Assembly (NCBI GenBank): GCA_963827655.1
Contig: CAWHCF010000023.1
Location: 224,001-288,000 of the forward strand
Origin: an uncultured Acidobacteriota bacterium
GTDB lineage: Bacteria > Acidobacteriota > UBA6911
DNA length: 64,000 nt
Direction: 5' to 3'
Shown one piece after another: positions 10,548-21,600 of this stretch. The notes under the pieces are model-generated. The model was not told where the DNA came from and did not search any database. It worked only from the letters and a program-made list of their open reading frames with translations. Every line of letters starts with the position of its first letter. Position 1 is the first letter of the stretch. Made by a program: the position numbers and the translations under genes.

Positions 10548-12984
10548 TCACTCGTAGCGGAGCGCCGCCATCGGATCTATGCGGGTGGCACGAAGTGCGG
10601 GAATGTAGCTGGCGAGGAGCGCCACAGAAACCAGCATGGCGGCGACAACAAAGTAGGTAATCGGGTCCGTGGAGGTGATGCCGAACAGCAAACCGGTCAA
10701 CAGCCGGCTCAAGGCCACTGCTGCGGCCAGTCCGATGCCGACGCCGAACATCGCGAGCCCGACCCCGAGCCTGACTACGAGCCGCAAAATGTCGCCCTCC
10801 TGAGCGCCCAGGGCGACCCGAATACCGATCTCGCGCGTCCGCTGGCCCACGGCGTAAGAGATCACGCCATAAAGCCCCACGGCAGCCAGGGTCAAAGCCA
10901 GCATGCCGAAGACTCCGAGGAGACTCCCGGCCAGACGCTGCTGGAAAGAGCTCGCGCTGATGTGTGCTTCCAGCGTTTGAATATTGAACACGGGCAAATT
11001 CGGATCGAGCGAACGCACCACTCCCTGCACGGCAGGTGCGAGGGCGCGCGGATCGGTCCCGCTTCGCACATGGATGTACGAACTCGGCTGATAGCTTTGC
11101 AGAACCGGACGAAACAACATTGGCGAAGGAGGCTCAACCAGGCGGCGATATCGAGAGTCGCGGGCCACTCCGACGACGGTGACCCAGCCCGTGCCGTACT
11201 CGACGCGCTTGCCGATCGGATCTCCTCCTTTCCAAAACCGTGACGCGAAGGAATCGTTGACGATGGCCACTTGCGATCCATTCTCGTTGTCGCGCTGCGT
11301 GAAATCGCGGCCGCGCAAGAGCGGGATCTCCATCGTACGGAAGTAGTTCGGACCGATCGTGTTGGAATAGGTCCAGACTTCCTCATCCTTGGCAGGCTGA
11401 AAGCCTTCCACCCGGATCGACGTCGTACTGTACCCGCCGAAACCCAGGGGCACGCGGCGTGAAAGGGTCGCGGAGCGAACGCCCGGCAGTGATTCGAGCT
11501 GCTCGACGAGTTGCCGGAAAAAACGCTGGCCTTGCTCTGGCGAATAACCGCTGGGAAAAAGATCCACACCCATAAGCAGGACATTCCTCGGATTGAAACC
11601 CGGGTAGAAACCCTGTGCTTTTTGCAGGCTGCGGAGAAACAGGCCCGCCGCCACCAGAAGCACCAAAGACAAAGAAACCTGGGCGACAACCAGCGCGTTA
11701 CGGAGCCAGGTCTTGCGCCCTCCCACTCCGCCGGCGGCCTCATCCTTCAAGGCTGGGGCCAGCTCGGCGCGAGTGGCATTCAATGCGGGAGCCAATCCAA
11801 AAGCGAGCCCGGTCGCGATCGAAACCGCCAGTGTAAACGCAAGGACGCGGGCATCCGGGGCGACATTGATCCGGAAGGGGATTTCAATCGGCGGCGCGAG
11901 CGCCACGAGCAGGCCGGTTGTCCATAACGAGATTACGACGCCCACCGCTCCGCTCATGAGGGCGAGTAGAATGCTTTCGACCAGGAGCTGGCGGATGAGC
12001 GCCGCCCGTTTTGCGCCCAGCGCTATGCGGATTGCAATCTCTTTGCGCCGGCTAGTGGCACGGGCGAGGAGCAGATTCGCCACGTTGGCGCACGCGATCA
12101 GCAGCACAACGCCCATCAAAGCCATCAGCGCCAGCAGGACGGACCCCATCACCTCGGAAGCGCCCCCCGGGGCTTTCCACAACGGGTAAATTTCGATTCG
12201 AACTCCATCGTTCGTGTCCGGATACGCCCTGGCCAACTGGTCGGCAATCACACTGAACTCGGCCCGCGCCTGCTTGAGCGAGACGTCCGGCTTCACCCGG
12301 CCCATCACGTTCAGCCAGCGATTGCCTCTCTGCTCGAGTCGGTCGGTACCCGGCACGATTTGCCGCTGCATCATTATGGGAACCCAGACGTCAAACCTGA
12401 GTCCCGTCACAGTCCCCTGAAACTCCGGCGGAGCAATCCCGACCACTGTAAAGGGATGATTGTTGAGATTGATAATGCGCCCCGCTGCGAAGGGCTCTCC
12501 GTGAAAACGCTCCTGCCATAGTTCATGGCTGATCACGGCAACGGGGTGGGTGCCGGGTGCCTTGTCTTCGTCGGGCAGAAAAGTCCGCCCGTACCGCGCG
12601 CGCACACCCAGCACATCAAAAAAATTACCCGAAACAATCTGACCCCAGACTCGCTCGGGGGCCTCTTCGCCCGAAAGACTCAGCGCCACGTCGTCGAACG
12701 CAATAAATCCGGACAGCGACTGATTCCGATCCCTGTAGTCCCTGTAATCCTGGTGGGAAAAACTGATCAGAGGCTGGGCGCGGGTTGCGCCGGTAATCGA
12801 CACCAGCATGTCGGCTCCCGCCACGCCGGGCAGCGGATTCAATAGAATCGCGTTAAGCCAGCTGAACGCAGTGGTATTGGCGCCGATGCCGAGCGCCAGT
12901 GTGAGGACGGCCACAGTCAGTGAAACCAGGTCGTTTGGCTAAAGTACGCAGGCCGAACCGAACATCTTGCATCAGAGTATCCAT
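10548..12984 (-). CDS. ADOP-type duplicated ABC permease (MacB/FtsX repeats), frameshift near 12915
   Basis: MDTLMQDVRFGLRTLAKRPGF start; LALGIGANT, LLIACANVANLLLARA, REIGIRVALGA, DPMAALRYE; no adjacent ATPase. Confidence 0.9.
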
Positions 12985-13026
12985 GATTCTCCTCGATGGT
13001 TTCGCGCGAAGGGCGCCGACCCTCTG

Positions 13027-13041
13027 GCAAGAGACGTGCCA
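13027..13041 (-). promoter_or_regulatory. Sigma-54 (-24/-12) promoter of the ADOP permease
   Basis: Minus strand TGGCACG-TCTC-TTGC matches TGGCACG-N4-TTGC, about 43 nt upstream of the ATG. Confidence 0.75.
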
Positions 13042-13113
13042 GGCCTGCGTGTGGTGAACTATCCGGATTCGTTGAGCTTATTAAGACATCGGCATGGCGC
13101 CGATTGGGGCGAA

Positions 13114-13150
13114 TGTCCGGCCTTGGGATCCTGATGTTCAGAATCGCACA
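13114..13150. promoter_or_regulatory. Putative tandem enhancer (bEBP) sites
   Basis: TGTCCGGCCTTGGGAT and TGTTCAGAATCGCACA, imperfect palindromes 21 bp apart, about 75-110 bp upstream of the sigma-54 box. Confidence 0.4.
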
Positions 13151-13205
13151 CCGACGTCGGACTGCTGCGTGTCGTGTCTTCGCGGCTTTGCGGTTAAAGC
13201 ACGCC

Positions 13206-14141
13206 TCACGTGTTGTCGATCTTCTCGATGATCTCGAGCAAACCCTTGAGAGACTCCCGGCTGGCCAGTTCCTTATTTTTGTCCGGTCGCTGATAGTGAG
13301 TCTCGAGGTTCAACGTACCCTGAAATCCATCTTTTACCAGTGCCCGAAGCTGGCCCAGGTTGTCCACTTCCCCTTTCCCCACCGGCAGCCACTGGCAACG
13401 CTTTGTCTCTGGATCGCGCCCGGCGTCTCTCAGGTGAACGTGGTGAATGCGTTTCTTGTCCAGACAGGCATAGCCTTCGGGAAACGGAGTCTCCCCTCCG
13501 CAATAAGCATTGTTGGGATCCCATGCGAGCCCGAGATGGGGCGAAGGGATTGCCTTTAGCAGCCGCGCTGCTTCCGCACCCGTCTCCGCAGTAGCGCCGC
13601 CGACATTCTCCAGCAGAAGGACTCGATCCGCCTTCTGCGCCACTTCAACGGATTTGCTTAGATGTTCCACGACGCGGTCGAATACCGTATCCGGATTTTC
13701 GACGCGCCAGAAGCTGAACACACGGATGAAACGGGTCCCCAGTAACTCCGATCTTTCAATGGCCCGCTTGAGCAAGGCGTCTTGTTCCTGATATGGGTAG
13801 TCGTCCCTATTGCCCCTCAGAGCCTTGGTTCCCGGCAAGGCGCATTTGTACAGAGACGTGTCCAAGACGGAGAGCCTGATTTGATACTGGTCGAGCAGGG
13901 ACCGGGCTTTCTTCACATCCGCCAGGCTCAGCTCGGTGACGTACTGATTCCACAGGTTGCGAATCTCAACCCACTTCAAGCCGAACTCGCGGCAGAATTT
14001 GAGAGATGCTTCAAGGTCCTGGCTGACTTCATCGGTAGTAATTCCCAGCCTTGCTTTGAGAGACTGAGCTGCGCGCAACGAGTCCTTCTGCAGCCAGATC
14101 AGACTTGCCCCAAGCTGTTGCAAGAATCCGCGACGGTTCAT
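13206..14141 (-). CDS. Tat-signal sugar phosphate isomerase/epimerase (xylose isomerase-like TIM barrel)
   Basis: MNRRGFLQ Tat motif; LLEN, WDPNN, HVHLRD, LETH metal ligands. Confidence 0.85.
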   Translation of the reverse strand: MNRRGFLQQLGASLIWLQKDSLRAAQSLKARLGITTDEVSQDLEASLKFCREFGLKWVEIRNLWNQYVTELSLADVKKARSLLDQYQIRLSVLDTSLYKCALPGTKALRGNRDDYPYQEQDALLKRAIERSELLGTRFIRVFSFWRVENPDTVFDRVVEHLSKSVEVAQKADRVLLLENVGGATAETGAEAARLLKAIPSPHLGLAWDPNNAYCGGETPFPEGYACLDKKRIHHVHLRDAGRDPETKRCQWLPVGKGEVDNLGQLRALVKDGFQGTLNLETHYQRPDKNKELASRESLKGLLEIIEKIDNT

Positions 14142-14290
14142 GATTCTCCTCCAATCGCTTCGGAACGATGCCCGCACAGCGTGGGATGATACACCATCAC
14201 GGAGAGATTCCTGGTGTTTCTTCGTGTCTTTGTGTCTTCGTGGTTATAAGGTTTTCATCCGATATAATGAAAGCAGCCAGGAGGACAGCG

Positions 14291-15760
14291 ATGGAATACG
14301 AACCAGTCATCGGCCTCGAGGTGCATGCGCAGCTCCTCACGCACAGCAAGCTGTTTTGCGGCTGCAGCACTCGTTTCGGTGATCCGCCCAACACCAATAC
14401 CTGTCCCGTGTGTCTGGGGCTCCCGGGAGCGCTGCCGGTTTTGAACCGCAACGCGGTTACCATGGCGACTCGCGCTGCAATGGCTCTCGGGTGCGCAATC
14501 AACCCGATCTCGATATTTGCCCGGAAGAACTACTTCTACCCTGATCTGCCGAAGGGTTATCAGATCTCGCAATATGATCGTCCCCTGGGAGAGCACGGTT
14601 CGGTAGAAGTTCTGTCCGGCGAGCGCACGCCGGCCGGACACATTATCAACCGGCGCAAGAAGGTGTTTCGGATCACCCGTCTGCACATGGAGGAAGATGC
14701 GGGAAAATCCATTCATGAAGGGATGAACGACACTGACGGGAAATCTTACGTAAACCTCAATCGGAGCGGCGTTCCCCTGGTCGAAATCGTGAGCGAACCC
14801 GACTTCCGGAGCAGTCAGGAGGCCTACGACTATTTGACCAGTCTACGCCGTACGCTCCTCTACCTCGGGGTATGCGACGGCAACATGGAAGAAGGGAGTC
14901 TGCGCTGCGACGCCAACGTATCGATCCGCCCGAAAGGATCGCCCAAGCTGGGCACCCGGGTCGAAATCAAGAATCTCAACTCATTCCGCTTCCTGCAAAA
15001 AGCTTTGGATTATGAAATCGAGAGACAGGCGGGCGTCCTCTCCGAAAATGGAAGCATTTTCCAGGAAACACGTCTCTGGGACGAAGCGAAAAATCGCACC
15101 TTCACCATGCGCAGCAAGGAAGAGGCGCATGATTACCGCTACTTCCCTGAGCCCGACCTTCCCCCGTTGAAGTTAAAGGCCGAGTGGATTGAAGAGATGC
15201 GCCGTTCTATTCCTGAGCTTCCGCAGGCCAGGCTCGAGCGATTCATGGCTCAGTATCAATTATCCGAGGAGGATGCATTGTTATTGACCTCCACACGTGA
15301 GCTGGCGGACTACTTCGAGGAAACCGCGCGCATCAGCGCGAATCCCAGAGCGGCGGCGAACTGGATCATGGGAGATCTCGCGTATGCCCTGAAGAACTCA
15401 GGCAAGGACATTGACCGGTCCCCGGTTGCACCCGCAGCCCTTGCCGGGCTTCTCAAAATGATCGACTCGGGCGTGATCTCGGGAAAGATCGCCAAAACAG
15501 TCTTCGAAGAAATGTTCCGCTCGGGCGACCAAGCCTCGGCCGTGGTCCAGCGCCTGGGACTGACGCAAATAAGCGATGAAGCGAGTCTTGTGGCGATCAT
15601 AGAGAGGGTAAAGACAGCCAACCCGAAACAGCTGGCCGATTACCGCAGCGGGAAAGATAAGCTGCTTGCTTACTTCGTCGGCCAGGTGATGAAGGAAACC
15701 AAGGGTCAGGCAAACCCTCAACTGCTCAACGATCTGCTCAGGCGGTCATTGAGGGAATAG
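14291..15760 (+). CDS. gatB: Asp/Glu-tRNA amidotransferase subunit B
   Basis: YEPVIGLEVHAQL, RKNYFYPDLPKGYQISQ, EGSLRCDANVS, KEEAHDYRYFPEPDL. Confidence 0.98.
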   Translation: MEYEPVIGLEVHAQLLTHSKLFCGCSTRFGDPPNTNTCPVCLGLPGALPVLNRNAVTMATRAAMALGCAINPISIFARKNYFYPDLPKGYQISQYDRPLGEHGSVEVLSGERTPAGHIINRRKKVFRITRLHMEEDAGKSIHEGMNDTDGKSYVNLNRSGVPLVEIVSEPDFRSSQEAYDYLTSLRRTLLYLGVCDGNMEEGSLRCDANVSIRPKGSPKLGTRVEIKNLNSFRFLQKALDYEIERQAGVLSENGSIFQETRLWDEAKNRTFTMRSKEEAHDYRYFPEPDLPPLKLKAEWIEEMRRSIPELPQARLERFMAQYQLSEEDALLLTSTRELADYFEETARISANPRAAANWIMGDLAYALKNSGKDIDRSPVAPAALAGLLKMIDSGVISGKIAKTVFEEMFRSGDQASAVVQRLGLTQISDEASLVAIIERVKTANPKQLADYRSGKDKLLAYFVGQVMKETKGQANPQLLNDLLRRSLRE

Positions 15761-15803
15761 CCCGACTGGATCTGGATAGGACGGTTACCTGCGCGCGTGT
15801 CCC

Positions 15804-16346
15804 ATGAGTAATTCCGACTCAAGAAAGAAGGCCGCAGCGCTGCGGCGCCTGAGCATCCGTTCAAAGGCTCCCAGTCTCGCCGGATCTCAATCACGGCCTC
15901 GATTCGTCGTGGACGTCATGTTAGGGCGGCTGGCCAAATGGCTCCGAATCGCGGGCTTCGACGTCCTCTACTCGAATCGCTTCACCGATGATGAACTGGT
16001 TGCGCTTTCGCGCGGCGAAGGCAGAATTTTACTATCGCGCGACACCCGTCTCCTGATTCGAAAGTCAGTCAAGGAATTCATTTTTCTCGAAAGCGACCGG
16101 ATCCAGGAACAGATCCGCCAGATCCTTCACACGACTCAGACCGAGAGGCTCTCCGAGGTTCTTACCCGCTGCCTTGCCTGCAATGACGTCCTGGTGACGG
16201 TTTCACGAGAGCAAGTGCGCGGCAATGTTCCTCCCTACGTATTCGCCACCCAACCGAGCTTCAAATGCTGTCCTCGCTGCCACAAAGTCTACTGGGCCGG
16301 AACTCATCGGCAGGCGGTAATCCGAACACTCGAGCAATTGCTGTAA
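15804..16346 (+). CDS. Mut7-C RNase domain protein (PIN + Zn ribbon)
   Basis: FVVDVMLGRLAKWLRIAGFD, RILLSRD, RCLACN...CPRCHKVYWAGTH. Confidence 0.9.
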   Translation: MSNSDSRKKAAALRRLSIRSKAPSLAGSQSRPRFVVDVMLGRLAKWLRIAGFDVLYSNRFTDDELVALSRGEGRILLSRDTRLLIRKSVKEFIFLESDRIQEQIRQILHTTQTERLSEVLTRCLACNDVLVTVSREQVRGNVPPYVFATQPSFKCCPRCHKVYWAGTHRQAVIRTLEQLL

Positions 16347-16394
16347 CCACGAAGACGCAAAGACACGAAGAGAAGCGCGGCATTACAGACTCTA

Positions 16395-16823
16395 TCAGGT
16401 GATCGTCCGGTAGAGATTCGCCGCCCAGGAAAGAGCCACAAGCAGCGCCGCTAGTAGCCAGAGCGTACGGCGCTGTGTGGGCCCAATCTCCAGGTCCAGA
16501 GCGATACCCAACACCATGCGGCAACCCAGGATATAGACAGTTGAGACCAGTACGCCGATTCCCAGAGCGGGCGCCAGGATGTTGCTCTGAAAGGCTTGCC
16601 TGATCTCGCCCCGCATCATCCAGGCACTCCCCGTAGTGAGACCGCAGAAGGGACACGGCAGATCGATGAGCATCCTCAGCGGACAAGAGGGCAGCCAGAT
16701 TCTTCGGCCGGAGTTATCTATGGGTCCCGCCAAGCAGGCAAGTGTTCCGAACAACGCAATCCCGGCCAGCAGAGCCTGGGACCGCGGATTTCTCCAGGGG
16801 CTCAATATGGGCCGAAAATACAT
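16395..16823 (-). CDS. DUF2752 membrane protein
   Basis: CPLR...PCPFCGLT motif plus TM helices. Confidence 0.8.
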   Translation of the reverse strand: MYFRPILSPWRNPRSQALLAGIALFGTLACLAGPIDNSGRRIWLPSCPLRMLIDLPCPFCGLTTGSAWMMRGEIRQAFQSNILAPALGIGVLVSTVYILGCRMVLGIALDLEIGPTQRRTLWLLAALLVALSWAANLYRTIT

Positions 16824-16916
16824 GAGCTGTCAGACCTCGAATGTCTCGTTCTTCATTTCAATACTCGTCCATAGAAATGAAATATTCAAGTGTGACACCG
16901 TAGAGTATGATCAGCC

Positions 16917-19091
16917 GTGCTCACTCAGAAACACAAACAAGAAACCCTGCGCTTCATACAATCCCACAAAGGCGAATCATTTACCTTCCGAGATCTCGTC
17001 CGCTTCCTCGACCTGAGCAATGACGACCGACGGAGCTTGCGGCACCACCTGGAAGAGTTGGACTCGGAGGGAATCATCCACCGGGTAAAACGGGGGCGAT
17101 ACGCGCTGCCCACTCGAGAGAGCCTGGTCTCGGGTGTGTTGACCTGCCACCGGGACGGCTACGGCTTCGTCGTTCCGGACGACCGAAGTCTTTACAAGCA
17201 GGACATTTTTGTTGCGGCCAGGAATATGGAGGACGCGATGCACGGCGACCGCGTCCTGATCAAGGTCGGAATGAAAAAACGACCTCCTCGCCGCGAGGGG
17301 CGCGGCCGCGGCGCGAAATCCGAACAGGAGCGCCTGGAAGGCACCGTCGTCCGTGTCCTGGAACGGAAATACTCCACCATCGTGGGACGCTTTCATGAGC
17401 ACCCGCGCTTTCCCTTCGTGGCTCCGCTCGATGCTCGAATGCTCCACGACATTCAAATCCCTTTCAATGCCTCGAAGAACGCCAGGCATGGGCAAATAGT
17501 CGTGGCCGCCCTGACGATTCCACCCGGAAAATACCAGAATCCATCAGGGAAGATTGTGGAAATCCTGGGTTATCCCGACGAACCCGGGATTGAATACAAG
17601 ATTGTTTATCACAAGTTCGGATTGCCGGTTGAATTCAGTCCCGGGACAACAACTGAAGTCGCACATATTCCCAATCGTGTATTAGCGGAAGATATCGCCC
17701 TGCGGGTAGATTTTCGCGGCGAGGTCTCGGTTACTATCGACGGCGAGACGGCGCGCGATTTCGACGATGCGATTACTCTCAAGAAACTCGACTCAGGAAA
17801 CTTTCTTCTTGGAGTCCATATCGCAGACGTGTCGCATTACGTCCGCGAAAATATGGCTCTGGACCAGGATGCCTATCTGCGCGGGACCTCGGTATATTTT
17901 CCCGATCGCGCCATTCCCATGCTCCCTCACGCGCTTTCGAATGAAATCTGCAGCCTGAAGCCGAACGAAGATCGCCTGGTATTTTCTGTAATAATGGAAG
18001 TAGATCCTCGAGGCGCTGTGATTAACAGCCGGTTCGTCGAAGGAGTACTGCGCAGCAGGGAGCGAATGACATATACCTCGGTAGCAAGAATTCTGGTGGA
18101 TCACGACCCGGGCGAAATTGAACGGTATCAAGAACTGGTGCCGTTTTTCGAAACCATGGAGGAGTTATGCGGAATTCTAATTAAGGCGAGATATCGCCGC
18201 GGAGCAGTCGACTTCGACCTGCCGGAAGCCGACATCCACTTTGATGAAAGCGGAAAAGTAATTGATATCTTGCCGTCGGAACGAAATATTGCGCACCGTG
18301 TCATCGAGGAGTTCATGCTCCTGGCAAACGAAACCGTCGCCAAGAAACTGACGGATTCGGGAGGGCCAGCCCTGTATCGTATTCACGAGGAGCCGGACCC
18401 TCAAAAGGTCGAGGATTTCGCCGAGTTCGCTCTCGCGCTGGGATTGCGGCTCGACCGCCAGCGCGGGCGTTACCACCCACGCGACTTTCAGAACTTCTGC
18501 CGCCAGCTCGAGGGCAGGCCCGAAGGGAAGTTTCTCGCCTACTTGATGCTTCGCTCGTTCATGCAGGCACGGTACTCCGAGCAGAATCTCGGTCACTTTG
18601 GACTCGCCACACAGGAATATACGCACTTCACATCACCTATTCGACGCTATCCTGATTTGATAGTTCACCGGCTTCTGAAAGAATGCCTGAAGCCGCAACC
18701 TTCCCGGCAATGGCAGGAGAATATGCAAGATCGCCTGCCGGAAATTGCACGCCACACATCGGCCCGGGAGCGGAATGCCGATGATGCCGAACGCGAGATT
18801 GAAAAAATCAAGAAAGTGCAGTTCATGGCAGATAAGGTGGGAGATGAGTTCGACGGAATTGTCTTTTCCGTTATTCGTCAGGGATTTTATGTAGAGCTTC
18901 TCGACCATTTCGTGGAAGGATTCGTGCCTATCGGAACACTCGTCGACGATAATTATCTCTACAAGGAAAAGACCCACTCGTTTGTGGGAGAGATTTACCG
19001 CAAGCATTTCAAACTCGGGTCCAAGGTTAGAGTCCGGCTGGACATTGCCGACCGCGAAAGCAACCGGCTCGGTTTCTCGATTGTTTCCTGA
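16917..19091 (+). CDS. rnr: Ribonuclease R
   Basis: N-terminal HTH, CSD, TIDGETARDFDDA, HFTSPIRRYPDL, S1 domain. Confidence 0.97.
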   Translation: MLTQKHKQETLRFIQSHKGESFTFRDLVRFLDLSNDDRRSLRHHLEELDSEGIIHRVKRGRYALPTRESLVSGVLTCHRDGYGFVVPDDRSLYKQDIFVAARNMEDAMHGDRVLIKVGMKKRPPRREGRGRGAKSEQERLEGTVVRVLERKYSTIVGRFHEHPRFPFVAPLDARMLHDIQIPFNASKNARHGQIVVAALTIPPGKYQNPSGKIVEILGYPDEPGIEYKIVYHKFGLPVEFSPGTTTEVAHIPNRVLAEDIALRVDFRGEVSVTIDGETARDFDDAITLKKLDSGNFLLGVHIADVSHYVRENMALDQDAYLRGTSVYFPDRAIPMLPHALSNEICSLKPNEDRLVFSVIMEVDPRGAVINSRFVEGVLRSRERMTYTSVARILVDHDPGEIERYQELVPFFETMEELCGILIKARYRRGAVDFDLPEADIHFDESGKVIDILPSERNIAHRVIEEFMLLANETVAKKLTDSGGPALYRIHEEPDPQKVEDFAEFALALGLRLDRQRGRYHPRDFQNFCRQLEGRPEGKFLAYLMLRSFMQARYSEQNLGHFGLATQEYTHFTSPIRRYPDLIVHRLLKECLKPQPSRQWQENMQDRLPEIARHTSARERNADDAEREIEKIKKVQFMADKVGDEFDGIVFSVIRQGFYVELLDHFVEGFVPIGTLVDDNYLYKEKTHSFVGEIYRKHFKLGSKVRVRLDIADRESNRLGFSIVS

Positions 19092-19282
19092 CATCCATTA
19101 AATGAACATCAACCACCAGGGCCTTACGAGAGCACCCGAACCGACAGTAATATACATTCACTTAAACACTTGCCTATTACTGCATGATGTCGTAACTTCT
19201 ATTTCGATTTTGAATTTTAAGCAGCTACGGCAAGAATCGACAATAGTCCCGTCACAATTCAAGAATAATTAAAGGAAAACAC

Positions 19283-19561
19283 ATGGCTGACAGGTTGGTT
19301 GAGTTGGCGCTCGAGGCACTCGAAGCACGTAAGGCGGCGATTGAGGCTGAAATACGGAAGCTGCGCTCGGCTTCACCCAGGCCGGCGAGAAGAGGCCGTG
19401 GCTCGGAGGGAGGCAAGCCGGGGACCGCCAAAGCCAGGAGACGTGGTCGGTCCGCCGCGGCCCGAAAAGCTCAGAGTCAGAAGATGAAAGAATACTGGGC
19501 AAGGCGCAGGGCGGAACTCGCCGCCCAGGCCGCAGGCTCGGGGTCCAGGAAAAGAAAGTAA
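19283..19561 (+). CDS. Small basic protein (coiled coil + Arg/Lys-rich, MKEYWARRR motif)
   Basis: AAGGA RBS, AT-rich upstream region, downstream hairpin. Confidence 0.7.
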   Translation: MADRLVELALEALEARKAAIEAEIRKLRSASPRPARRGRGSEGGKPGTAKARRRGRSAAARKAQSQKMKEYWARRRAELAAQAAGSGSRKRK

Positions 19562-19566
19562 TAAAC

Positions 19567-19590
19567 GCGCCCCCCACGGCGTGAGGGCGC
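19567..19590. terminator. GC-rich hairpin between convergent genes
   Basis: GCGCCC..CAC / GTG.GGGCGC stem just after the 19561 stop and 22 nt from the selA stop. Confidence 0.45.
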
Positions 19591-19612
19591 AATTCAGCAG
19601 CATGATCCCCGA

Positions 19613-21023
19613 TCAAGACAAAGCTTTCACAAGTCCATCAATAAGAATTGTCTCTTGCTCGGGGAAAACGGTCCGCAAATCGATCAAAGCGCGATCTTCC
19701 TCGAGCCTGAGGATGATAGGAGGTCTCTGCGAGCGCAGGCGCGATTCTATGCTGTTAGGGCGATGATATATCGGACTCGAGCGCCAGCAGCGTTGTAGGC
19801 AGATGACATTCGGGACAGGAACCGCCGCCGACTACCGAAGTCCCCTGGACTAGTTTCACGTCCAGCCCCGATGGAATTCTGAGGCGCAATTTGCGAACAC
19901 ACTCGACGACTCCGATCCTGGATTTCCTCCACCTTCGCTGAAATCATCCTCAGGACAGGGATCTCTTCCAGGGCGCGTCCCGTTCGATAACTCGCGATCG
20001 TGGCTTCCAGCGCGCCGTAGATCAGTTTTTCCACGCGATAGGTGCGCATCAGCGGGTTTTTCCGAATCGGATCAACCAGTTTCCTTGAGCCGGCGATGAT
20101 TCCCGACTGAGGCCCGCCGAGAAGCTTGTCCCCGCTGAAGCATACAAGGTCAACACCCGCCGCAATGCTCTTCTGGGCCACAGGTTCGTCCCTGATCCCG
20201 TATGCGCTAAGATCCACCAGGCATCCACTACCAAGATCCTCCAGCACGGGAAGGCGCGCCCGCCGGGCTAACTCCAGAATCTCTCCCAGCTCCGGCCGGT
20301 GAGTGAAGCCAAGCATCCGATAGTTGCTCGGATGCACACGAAAGAGCAGCGCCGTGTTGGGCCCGATGGCCGCAGCGTAATCTTCGACGCGCGTTTTGTT
20401 CGTGGTGCCCACTTCGCGCAGCACAGTCCCGCTGCGGGCCATGATGTCGGGAATTCGGAAGGCTCCGCCGATCTCTACCAGTTCACCGCGCGAAACGATC
20501 ACTTCCCTTCCCAAGGCCAGCGTGTTGAGGACCAGATAAACAGCCGCGGCATTATTGTTCACTACCGTCGCGGTTTCGCAGCCCAGGACTTCGGCAAGAG
20601 ACTGCTCTAGAAGTCTGTCCCGGTGAGATCTCTCACCCGTGTCGAGATCGTATTCAAGATTGGTATATTGGCCGGACAGTGATGGATAAGGAGCTGCTGC
20701 GCCGCCTTTGATAGCGGCGCCCGTCCCAGGTTGGTATGAAGAATAACGCCGGTACCGTTGATCACAGGGCGCAATGCCGGCAGTAATCGTGATTCCAGGC
20801 GGGCTTCAAGCAGCGATTCGAGAGAGCTGATTTCAGCGGTCGAACTCCAGCCCGGATCGCCCGATTGTATGCCGCTCCGGACTTCTCGAAGGAGCAGCTG
20901 AATTTCGGAAACCACAAAGCCACGGCTGGTGCGATCTACCCAATCAACGATCTTCGGGCGCAATAAAAACTGATCCACCGCGGGGATGAGGCGAAGCAAA
21001 TCTTGCGGCGAGGAGCGTGTCAC
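19613..21023 (-). CDS. selA: L-seryl-tRNA(Sec) selenium transferase, three apparent frameshifts (~20680, ~19900, ~19760)
   Basis: VINGTGVILHTNLGRAPL; YTNLEYDL; VNNNAAA; SRGELVEIGGAFRIP; FSGDKLLGGPQ; VGGGS; DLRTV across the joined frames. Confidence 0.92.
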
Positions 21024-21036
21024 TGCGACATCTTAC

Positions 21037-21140
21037 AGCAGTAAGCAGCAGGCAGTAAGCAGTATGCAGTAAGATGGACCAGTCTGCCTGCTGCCAGCCG
21101 CTTTTCTGCCTACCGTTACTTACTGCCGCCTGCTGCTGCT
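21037..21140. repeat. Heptamer inverted tandem repeat (GCAGTAA/TTACTGC)
   Basis: CAGCAGTAAGCAGCAGGCAGTAAGCAGTATGCAGTAAG mirrored by CTGCCTGCTGC...TTACTTACTGCCGCCTGCTGCTG; overlaps the csp stop. Confidence 0.7.
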
Positions 21141-21365
21141 TGCGCCTGCTAGTCCCGCTTCCAGCCTGACGACATTCTCGGCTTGAGGACCTCGAGGCCC
21201 CATCTTAATATCGAACTCTACTTGTTCTCCTTCACGCAGTGTCCTGTATCCATTCTCGCGAATGGCGCTGTAGTGGACGAATACATCCGCGCCGGTCTGC
21301 TGCGAGATGAAGCCATACCCCTTGGTGTTGTTGAACCACTTTACTGTGCCGCTCGTTCTCAGCAT
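21120..21365 (-). CDS. Cold-shock protein
   Basis: [31 protein letters not shown]. Confidence 0.95.
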   Translation of the reverse strand: MLRTSGTVKWFNNTKGYGFISQQTGADVFVHYSAIRENGYRTLREGEQVEFDIKMGPRGPQAENVVRLEAGLAGASSSRRQ

Positions 21366-21600
21366 CGTTATCCACTCCAGAGTACCAACCAGTTCGCACA
21401 AAAGTATCCGCTCAGATCCAAGGATCGAAATCCGGATGCCGTCAAGTCATCATGGTGACGCTGCACGTTTTGAGATTTCAGGCAGACTAGACGAGGCGAT
21501 TTCTCGGTGTCAAGGACAAAAATCTGCTTTCCCTGATCCCTGCGGGTTCGTATAGTATCCTGCGCCGCAGCCATTGTTTAAGCCTGTACGGGAGGAAGAC

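Noticed and set aside
19092-19282. tRNA-Sec (selC) or other ncRNA near selA
   Set aside because: AT-rich promoter-like DNA with no cloverleaf or T-loop signature.
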